Assembly: GCA_035264545.1 (NCBI GenBank)
Contig: DATFPZ010000219.1
Location: 1-37,598, forward strand
Length of the DNA: 37,598 bases
Direction of reading: 5' to 3'
Origin: Acidimicrobiia bacterium
Lineage (GTDB): Bacteria; Actinomycetota; Acidimicrobiia; IMCC26256; JACDBD01
Shown: in pieces, positions 1 through 6,391 of the stretch
How positions within the stretch are numbered: the stretch's first letter is position 1
Layout of the letters: the number at the start of each line of letters is the position of its first letter
Translations under genes and position numbers: made by a program
Notes under the pieces: generated by a model
The model's database searches: none
What the model saw: only the letters and a program-made list of their open reading frames with translations
Told to the model about the DNA's origin: nothing

Positions 1-333
1 CCAGCACAGGCTGAGGTCGCCGGCCTCGCACGCCGGGCAGACCGGGTCGACGCCGCGCGGGCGGCACGACAGCCACGGGTTCAGCACGACCCGGTCTCCG
101 ATCTCGAGCCCTTCGGCTTCGGGCCCGAGCGCGACGACGTCTGCGACAACTTCGTGCCCGAGCACCTGCGGGAGCGAGAAGAAGCCCTTCATCGGGTTGT
201 CGGGGGTCGCCACGTTCACCCAGTCCATGAACACCTGCTTGGCGTCTGAGCCGCAGATGCCGGTGAGCCGGGGACGCGTGACCACCCAGTCGGGCAGGAG
301 GAATTCGGGGTCGGGCAGGTCGACGAGGCGCAT
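1..333 (-). CDS. Zn-dependent alcohol dehydrogenase / MDR-family oxidoreductase, N-terminal part (gene runs off the window)
   Basis: My translation of the minus strand from ATG 333..331 gives MRLVDLPDPEFLLPDWVVTRPRLTGICGSDAKQVF...LPQVLGHEVVADVV...GDRVVLNPWLSCRPRGVDPVCPACEAGDLSLCW. It has the GxCGSD and GHE zinc-ligand motifs and a Cys-rich structural-zinc loop. It is absent from the ORF track because it is truncated. An in-frame ATG at 447 is an alternative start. Confidence 0.75.
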   Translation of the reverse strand, partial: MRLVDLPDPEFLLPDWVVTRPRLTGICGSDAKQVFMDWVNVATPDNPMKGFFSLPQVLGHEVVADVVALGPEAEGLEIGDRVVLNPWLSCRPRGVDPVCPACEAGDLSLCW

Positions 334-517
334 AGGCGTCTCCGCCAACCCGCGCAGCAGATGGTTGTCCTCGTCCGGTTCGGGCTGTGGCTCGGGCGCC
401 ACGCCGTACAGCAGACCTTGCATCCACTCCCCCATCCCGCCGCTCATTCCTTCGCAGTCGACAGTACCGCCCCCTATCTCAGGGACAACTGTCAACTGCT
501 CGGGCGGGTCGGAGGCG

Positions 518-1063
518 TTACAGCCGTTCGGCCAGCTGCTCGTAGTCGATCGCGACGCCGTCGGCGTCGGTGCTGAACTCGAACCGGCCGTACTCGTCGT
601 CGGAATACGCCCACCGGTCGGCGGCGAGCCGCTGGTATCGCTGCACGAGTGGTCGCACCGACGCGGCGGGTGTCTCGATATAGGCCGCCCGGACCTCCAG
701 GTCGGCGCCGACCTCCGGCGCGACGCGACGGGTCACGAACGCGTTCGTGAACGGGTTGCCTGCGAGGTCGACGTCGGTGCAGCCCTCCAAGGACGGATCG
801 GGCCGGCCACCGCGCAGCCACGACCCCGCGCCGTCCGACTCCAACTCGAGGCGCCGCGTGCCGTCGTCGTCCATGACCTCCACGGTCGTGCGTTCGTGTC
901 GCCAGGCGGAATCGAGCTCGACCGAGAAGCGCACGGCCCAGCGTTGGTCGCCTTCGACGCAGATCTCGTGGCCCGCCGCCGACACGCCGCCGGGTCCGTC
1001 GTCCAAACGCGCGAACACGAGCCCGTCGAGGTCGAGTCGACGCCAGACGTACGTCGCGATCAC
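518..1063 (-). CDS. putative glycolipid-binding domain protein (DUF1089 family)
   Basis: Part of ORF 518..1150. The C-terminal half (DVDLAGNPFTNAFVTRR...VQRYQRL...FSTDADGVAIDYEQLAERL) resembles the DUF1089 pattern. I chose the GTG at 1063 because it overlaps the upstream stop as GTGA (1060-1063). GC3 is high. Confidence 0.65.
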   Translation of the reverse strand: MIATYVWRRLDLDGLVFARLDDGPGGVSAAGHEICVEGDQRWAVRFSVELDSAWRHERTTVEVMDDDGTRRLELESDGAGSWLRGGRPDPSLEGCTDVDLAGNPFTNAFVTRRVAPEVGADLEVRAAYIETPAASVRPLVQRYQRLAADRWAYSDDEYGRFEFSTDADGVAIDYEQLAERL

Positions 1064-1545
1064 GACATCTCGAGGGTTGTCCGCATCTTGGCCACCAACG
1101 CCCGAAACATCGGATAGTCGCCGGGCATCGCATCGATGGACGGCGTCCACATCTCCCAGCGATCAATCAGTCTCGGGCCGAGCAAGAGCCGGAGCACGTC
1201 GAAGTTGATCGCCCCGACTTGCTCGAGCGCACCCAACTGCTCGAAGAAGTCCAGCTCGCGATAGAGCACGAACGCCTCGGGCGAGTTGGCGTCGATGAAG
1301 CGCTGGAACGCCGCGCTCAGCTCTTCCTTCGTCTTGTACTGGGCGGCGAGCCGGCGCGCCTCGACGAGACCGTCCTCGTCCCATCGACGCACGAAATCGG
1401 CCGTGATCTGCGACTGCGTGGCGTGCCGTGCCTCCCGGACCTGTCGTCCGGCCGCGACCGCCAGCCCGACCGTGCTGAGCAGCCCGACGGCGCCGACTGC
1501 GGTCGCGATCGCGGTGACCTGCTCGGCCCAGTTCGGGTCCGACAT
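1060..1545 (-). CDS. hypothetical protein with N-terminal membrane anchor (161 aa)
   Basis: Internal ATG (1545..1543) of ORF 1060..1785. The product is MSDPNWAEQVTAIATAVGAVGLLSTVGLAVAAGRQ... followed by a helical soluble part. The start overlaps the upstream stop by 1 nt (TGATG). The upstream part of the ORF is Arg-rich shadow. Confidence 0.6.
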   Translation of the reverse strand: MSDPNWAEQVTAIATAVGAVGLLSTVGLAVAAGRQVREARHATQSQITADFVRRWDEDGLVEARRLAAQYKTKEELSAAFQRFIDANSPEAFVLYRELDFFEQLGALEQVGAINFDVLRLLLGPRLIDRWEMWTPSIDAMPGDYPMFRALVAKMRTTLEMS

Positions 1546-1913
1546 CAGATTGGCCAGTCGATCTGGGCCTCGGGAACCCCAACCGACCTCGCGTGCTCCT
1601 CTGCCTCGGCACGAGCGGACCGGTCGCCGCGCGGATAGCGAAACGCTCGACCGGCGAACACGACGAAGGTCTCCGTGTCCGATCGGAAGTCGCAGTACCA
1701 CGGCCCGGGCTCGAGAGCGCCGGTGAGCGCGGTCGCGAATGCGTCGACGGCGTCGTCGGGCACCTCGAACTCGATGAACGTCCACGTGAGGGGCTGACGG
1801 GCCGACGGGTCGCCGTCATCGGACCGTCTGATCCTTCGCACCGTGAGGGGGGCGGCGTCGAGCGGCTCCTCCCTCCGCAGACTCTCCGCGAGCAGGTTGC
1901 CGGTGAACGGCAT
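1545..1913 (-). CDS. hypothetical protein (122 aa)
   Basis: C-terminal segment of ORF 1545..2843, starting at ATG 1913..1911 (MPFTGNLLAESLRREEPLD...WYCDFRSDTETFVVFAGRAFRYPRGD...). GC3 is high from this ATG onward and lower upstream. I recognise no family. Confidence 0.55.
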   Translation of the reverse strand: MPFTGNLLAESLRREEPLDAAPLTVRRIRRSDDGDPSARQPLTWTFIEFEVPDDAVDAFATALTGALEPGPWYCDFRSDTETFVVFAGRAFRYPRGDRSARAEAEEHARSVGVPEAQIDWPI

Positions 1914-2088
1914 GTCACGCGCCCGCCTGCTTTGGATCGCGGCAGGTGTGATCGTCCTCGCCGGCCTCCTCTTCGGCAGCTGGGCGCGATTCCTGGCGAG
2001 GACGCACGAGATCGAGGAGATGGACCGGGAGGTCAGCCATCCGGACGCCGGAGCTGGGCGAGGGCGTCGGCCACAGTCGACGCGCTGA
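1912..2088 (+). CDS. possible small membrane protein (58 aa)
   Basis: Internal ATG 1912 of ORF 1843..2088 gives MSRARLLWIAAGVIVLAGLLFGSWARFLARTHEIEEMDRE..., with one clear TM helix and high GC3 over the first ~40 codons. The tail (2033-2088) overlaps the 3' end of the minus-strand 85-aa gene and has poorer GC3. Confidence 0.3.
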   Translation: MSRARLLWIAAGVIVLAGLLFGSWARFLARTHEIEEMDREVSHPDAGAGRGRRPQSTR

Positions 2089-2290
2089 TCCGGTCTTCGA
2101 GACGGTTGGCGGCGGCCTCGACCGCCTCTCGGGTGCCCAGGGGATCCTTCGCCCGGGCGCGCGCCATGCGGTCCTCGCGGCTGAGCCACCGCGCCAGCTC
2201 GGTGGCCGACGCGCTCGACAGATCGGGCCGCTCTTCGAACAGGTAGCGCAGCTGTCCGATGACGCGCGACACCGACGGCGCGTCCGACAC
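2033..2290 (-). CDS. hypothetical small helical protein (85 aa)
   Basis: Part of ORF 2033..2407. GTG at 2290..2288 lies 2 nt after the acyl-CoA synthetase stop (2293-2295). The product VSDAPSVSRVIGQLRYLFEERPDLSSASATELARWLSRED... has very high GC3. The upstream part of the ORF overlaps the synthetase gene. Confidence 0.5.
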   Translation of the reverse strand: MSDAPSVSRVIGQLRYLFEERPDLSSASATELARWLSREDRMARARAKDPLGTREAVEAAANRLEDRISASTVADALAQLRRPDG

Positions 2291-2292
2291 CG

Positions 2293-3828
2293 TCAGCCGA
2301 CCCCGCGGTCCCGGCCCTCCCAGTATGGGCCGCGGAGCTTGAACTTCTGCAGCTTGCCGGTAGCGGTGCGTGCGAGCTCGGAGCGGAACTCGACCGACGT
2401 CGGACATTTGTAGTGGGCGAGGCGGTCACGTGAGTGCGCGATGAGCTCCGCTTCGCTCGCCTCGGCGCCGGGCGCGAGCACGACGAGCGCCTTGACGGTC
2501 TCGCCCCACTTCTCGTCGGGCACGCCGATCGCGGCGACTTCGGCGACAGCCGGGTGCGAGAACAGGCAGTCCTCGACCTCGATCGACGACACATTCTCGC
2601 CGCCCGAGATGATGACGTCCTTCTTCCGGTCCGAGATCGACAGGTACTCGTCCTCGTCGATCGCACCGCCGTCGCCGGTGTGGAACCAACCCGCCGGGAT
2701 CGCCTTCGCCGTCTCCTCCGGCTGCTCCCAGTACCCGTCCATGATGACGTTGCCGCGCGCGAGCACCTCGCCCTCGTCGTCGACGCGTAGCTGCACCCCG
2801 AGTGTGGGCGCACCAGCGCGTCCCAGCCGCTGTGCGCGTTCACCGGGGGCGAGGTCGTCGTACTCGGCGCGGCTGCGGTTCATCGTGAGCAGGGGGGCGG
2901 TCTCGGTGAGTCCATAGATCTGGATGAACTCCCAGCCGAGCTCGGTCTCGACCCGCTCGATCGTCCGGGTGGGCGGCGGGGCGCCCGCCACCACCATCCG
3001 GGTGCGGCCACGGCCCGGAATCGCGCCCTGCCATTGCGTGGCGGCGTCGAGCACGGCGTTGACCACCGCAGGCGCGCCGTTGAGCAGTGTGACGGCGTGC
3101 TCCTCGACGCGGCGGAGGATCTCGGCGCCGTCCACCTTGCGGATCACGACGTGGCGGCCGCCCATGCCGGTCATCGCGTACGGCATCCCCCACCCGTTGC
3201 AGTGGAACATCGGCAATGTGTGGAGGTAGACGTCGCGGTCGTTCACGCCGGTCTGCCATCCGAAGACGGTGGCGTTGATCCAGCAGTTGCGGTGCGTCAG
3301 CTGCACGCCTTTGGGCCGGGCGGTCGTTCCGCTCGTGTAGTTGATCGTCGCGGTGGCGTCCTCGTCGGGCTCCCAGGGCTCGGGCTCGACGCCCTCACGA
3401 AACAGCTCCTGATCCGCTTCGGCGCCCATCACGAACCGGTGCTTGGCGCCGACGCTCGAGAGCGCCTCGTCGAGCTCGGGGTCGACGAGCAACATTGCGG
3501 CGCCGGAGTGCTCGACGATGTACCCGACTTCGTCGGCGTTGAGCCGGAAGTTGATGGGCACGAGGATCCGACCTGAGCCGCTCACCCCGAAGAATGACAC
3601 GAACAGGCGCGCCGCGTTCGGCGAGACGATCGCGACGCGCTCTCCCACGCCGATCCCGAAGTGGTCCAACGCGGCCGCTTGCGCCCGGGCGAGCGCGCGC
3701 ACGCGCCCGTAGGTCAGCCCGTCGAGGGGCGGGGCAGGCTGGTCGGGCTCGTCGAGAATGCCGATCCGGTCGCCGTACACGAGCGCGGCGCGCTCCAGGA
3801 AGTCGTTGACCGTCAGCGGCACCTTCAT
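2293..3828 (-). CDS. AMP-forming acyl-CoA synthetase (FadD-like, ANL superfamily)
   Basis: ORF 2293..3897. I chose the ATG at 3828 (MKVPLTVNDFLERAALVYGDR...), which is preceded by a GAGGGGGG RBS. AMP-binding motifs are present: YTSGTTARPKGV, YGLTE, TGD..., SGGENVSS. Confidence 0.9.
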   Translation of the reverse strand: MKVPLTVNDFLERAALVYGDRIGILDEPDQPAPPLDGLTYGRVRALARAQAAALDHFGIGVGERVAIVSPNAARLFVSFFGVSGSGRILVPINFRLNADEVGYIVEHSGAAMLLVDPELDEALSSVGAKHRFVMGAEADQELFREGVEPEPWEPDEDATATINYTSGTTARPKGVQLTHRNCWINATVFGWQTGVNDRDVYLHTLPMFHCNGWGMPYAMTGMGGRHVVIRKVDGAEILRRVEEHAVTLLNGAPAVVNAVLDAATQWQGAIPGRGRTRMVVAGAPPPTRTIERVETELGWEFIQIYGLTETAPLLTMNRSRAEYDDLAPGERAQRLGRAGAPTLGVQLRVDDEGEVLARGNVIMDGYWEQPEETAKAIPAGWFHTGDGGAIDEDEYLSISDRKKDVIISGGENVSSIEVEDCLFSHPAVAEVAAIGVPDEKWGETVKALVVLAPGAEASEAELIAHSRDRLAHYKCPTSVEFRSELARTATGKLQKFKLRGPYWEGRDRGVG

Positions 3829-3855
3829 GCTGGCCCCCCTCGGATCGGCATGCGC

Positions 3856-3898
3856 GATGGTGCGTTCAGCTTCGCATAGCGAAGCCGAGGAACGCATC
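3856..3898. repeat. nested-palindrome intergenic repeat, diverged copy D
   Basis: GATGGTGCGTTCAGCTTCGCATAGCGAAGCCGAGGAACGCATC. The outer stem is GGTGCGTT/AACGCATC and the inner hairpin is GCTTCGC-ATA-GCGAAGC. The architecture and termini match the copies at 6344, 11533 and 33850. It lies between the dehydrogenase stop and the synthetase start. Confidence 0.6.
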
Positions 3899-3903
3899 GT
3901 GGG

Positions 3904-5034
3904 TCAGGCCGGGCGCAGGCTCCGCAAGGGGGCGCCGTGGGTCCACGCCGCGGGGTCGCCGGGGCGGAAGCGGCGCCCGGCGCCGGCCTCGGCGATGCGC
4001 CGCCGCGCCAGCTGCTCGGCGGCACGGCCCGGCGGCACGTGCTCCGTGCGGGCGAGGTCGAACACGCGGCGGACCGTGTCGGCGATCCGAGCGGTGCGCT
4101 TCCGGGCGTTGTCGCGGTCGTAGCCGACGAACTCTTCGGCGAGGTTGATGATCCCGCCCGCGTTCACCACGAAGTCGGGAGCGTAGAGGATGCCTCGCTC
4201 GGCGAGGGTGTCGTCATCGGACGCTTCGGCGAGCTGGTTGTTGGCCGCGCCGCACACCGCCCGGCACTGCAGCCGCGGGATCGTCTTCTCGTCGAGCACG
4301 CCACCCAGCGCGCACGGCGCGAGGATGTCGCACGCCTCCTCCAGCGCCCCTTCGACCGGCAGCGGCTCGGCACCGATCTCCTGCACCAACACGTCGACGC
4401 GTTCACGGTTCACATCCGCTACTGCGACGCGGGCGTCCGCCTCCGCGAGGAGGCGTGCCAGGTGCGTGCCGACGTGGCCGACGCCGTCCACGACGACGCG
4501 CTTGCCGGCGAACGCGGCGTCCCCGTCGAGCTCCTCGAGCACCGCGCCCATCGCCCGCACCACGCCGTAGGCGGTCATCGGTGAGGGGTCGCCCGAGCCG
4601 CCGGGACCCTCGAGCCCGGTGACCCACGGCGTCTCCGACGCGATCACCTGCATGTCGTGCGGCGTCGCGCCGACGTCCTCGGCGGCGATGTAGCGGCCAC
4701 CCAGGTCGTCGATCGCCCGTCCCATGGCGCGCAACAACGCGTCGGTGCGCGGCGCGTCGGGATCGTCGACGAGCACGACCGCCTTTCCTCCGCCCTGATG
4801 CAGCCCGGCGGCGGCGGCCTTGAGGCTCATCGCCTCGGAGAGGCGCAGCGCGTCGACGACGGCGTCGTGCTCGGACGGGTAGCGCCAGAACCGTATGCCG
4901 CCGAGCGACGGCCCCAGCGCGGTCGAGTGCACGGCGATGACTGCCCGCAGCCCCGAGCGCGCGTCGGCGACGAAGACGACTTGCTCGTGGCCCTTCGCGG
5001 TCATCAGCTCGGTGACCGCGGCGTCGGTGCCCAT
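3904..5034 (-). CDS. Leu/Val/Phe dehydrogenase (Glu/Leu/Phe/Val dehydrogenase family)
   Basis: 376-aa ORF with HEQVVFVADARSGLRAVIAVHSTALGPSLGGIRFWRY..., the catalytic-Lys region LKAAAAGLHQGGGKAV and a Rossmann motif VDGVGHVG. Alternative ATG at 5004. Confidence 0.9.
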   Translation of the reverse strand: MGTDAAVTELMTAKGHEQVVFVADARSGLRAVIAVHSTALGPSLGGIRFWRYPSEHDAVVDALRLSEAMSLKAAAAGLHQGGGKAVVLVDDPDAPRTDALLRAMGRAIDDLGGRYIAAEDVGATPHDMQVIASETPWVTGLEGPGGSGDPSPMTAYGVVRAMGAVLEELDGDAAFAGKRVVVDGVGHVGTHLARLLAEADARVAVADVNRERVDVLVQEIGAEPLPVEGALEEACDILAPCALGGVLDEKTIPRLQCRAVCGAANNQLAEASDDDTLAERGILYAPDFVVNAGGIINLAEEFVGYDRDNARKRTARIADTVRRVFDLARTEHVPPGRAAEQLARRRIAEAGAGRRFRPGDPAAWTHGAPLRSLRPA

Positions 5035-5148
5035 CAGGGTCGACGGTACTGTGCCGCGCGCCGCTCGCGCGACGCGCGTGGTCAGGGGAATAGCGTCCGA
5101 TACGTCGGGTTTTCGAAGAGCGGTCCGTCGTTGCCCGCGCTGCGGCTG

Positions 5149-6345
5149 ATGTGTTTCGGGTCCGGGGCTGTGCGAAGCTCACCCTTCGTGCGCGGCAAGT
5201 CGATCGGTCTCCTTCTCTTTGCGCTCGTGGGCGTCCTCGGCCTGGTCGCGTCCGCTTGCTCGAGCAGCGACAACAGCAGAGCCCGGGGGGCACAGCCGTC
5301 TTCGACTGCGGCCACGACCACGGCCGCGCCCACGACCGCGCCACCGACGACCGCTGCGAAGCCTGACAACGTCTACGAGTTCACGCAGGCGAACCAGCTC
5401 GCGCCCTCGGTGCGCGACATTCCCACTCGCGTCTACGTGCCGAACGGGATGTCGAACACGGTCGACGTGATCGATCCGAACACGATGGCGGTCATCGACC
5501 AGTACCCGGTCGGGCGGCTGCCGCAGCACGTCGTGCCGTCGTGGGACATGCAGACGCTCTACGTGAACAACAACCAGGGCAACACGCTGACTCCGATCGA
5601 CCCCCGCACCGGGAAGCCGGGCGCACCGATCCCGATCGCCGACCCGTACAACCTGTACTTCTCACCCGACGGGACCAAGGCCATCGTCATGGCCGAGCGT
5701 GACAACTCCGTCGACTTCTACGACCCGAAGACCTGGGCGCTCATCAAGAAGCTGCACATCCCGCATACCGGTGTGAACCATGCCGAGTTCACTCCCGACG
5801 GGCAGACCATGGTTGCGAGCACGGAGTTCTCGGGGTTCCTCGTGAGGATCGACCTCGCCAGCATGGAGATCACCGGGGAGCTCGACGTGGGAGGAAAGCC
5901 CGTCGACGTGAAGCTCTCGCCCGATGGCACCGTCATGTTCAACGCCAACGAGACGAAGGACGGCGTCACGGTCGTGGACTGGGCGAACATGAGTGAGCTG
6001 CAGTTCATCCCGACCGGGAAGGGCGCGCACGGCCTGTACCCCAGCCGCGACGGCAAGCAGCTGTACGTGACGAACCGCGGCGCCGGCTCGGTGAGCGTGA
6101 TCGACTTCGCCTCACGGAGCATCGTCGGCAACTGGCACTTCGGCGGCAGCCCCGACATGGGCGGTGTCAGCAGCGACGGCAGGCAGCTCTGGCTCAGCGG
6201 CCGCTACAACTCCGAGGTCTACGTGATCGACACGACGACCGGGCAGCTGATCAAGAAGATCCCGGTCGGCAACGGTCCGCACGGCCTGGCGCTCTTCCCC
6301 CAACCCGGCCGGTACAGCATGGGCCACACCGGCAACTACCGCTGA
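5149..6345 (+). CDS. secreted/lipoprotein YVTN-repeat beta-propeller protein (YncE-like)
   Basis: C-terminal ~400 aa of ORF 4657..6345; the N-terminal 160 aa of that ORF are antisense to the dehydrogenase. It has a signal peptide with the lipobox-like LVASAC, a Thr/Ala/Pro linker and repeated YVxN/SPDG/LYVTNRGAGSVSVID propeller motifs. The start is ATG 5149 or GTG 5188. Confidence 0.8.
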   Translation: MCFGSGAVRSSPFVRGKSIGLLLFALVGVLGLVASACSSSDNSRARGAQPSSTAATTTAAPTTAPPTTAAKPDNVYEFTQANQLAPSVRDIPTRVYVPNGMSNTVDVIDPNTMAVIDQYPVGRLPQHVVPSWDMQTLYVNNNQGNTLTPIDPRTGKPGAPIPIADPYNLYFSPDGTKAIVMAERDNSVDFYDPKTWALIKKLHIPHTGVNHAEFTPDGQTMVASTEFSGFLVRIDLASMEITGELDVGGKPVDVKLSPDGTVMFNANETKDGVTVVDWANMSELQFIPTGKGAHGLYPSRDGKQLYVTNRGAGSVSVIDFASRSIVGNWHFGGSPDMGGVSSDGRQLWLSGRYNSEVYVIDTTTGQLIKKIPVGNGPHGLALFPQPGRYSMGHTGNYR

Positions 6346-6386
6346 TGCGTATCCGAGTGACGCTCAGCGTCCTCGAAATACGCATC
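6344..6386. repeat. 43-nt nested-palindrome intergenic repeat, copy A
   Basis: GATGCGTATCCGAGTGACGCTCAGCGTCCTCGAAATACGCATC. It has a 9-bp outer stem, a CGAG/CTCG middle stem and a GACGC-TCA-GCGTC inner hairpin. It begins inside the TGA of the propeller gene and sits between convergent genes. Confidence 0.75.
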
Positions 6387-6391
6387 GACAG

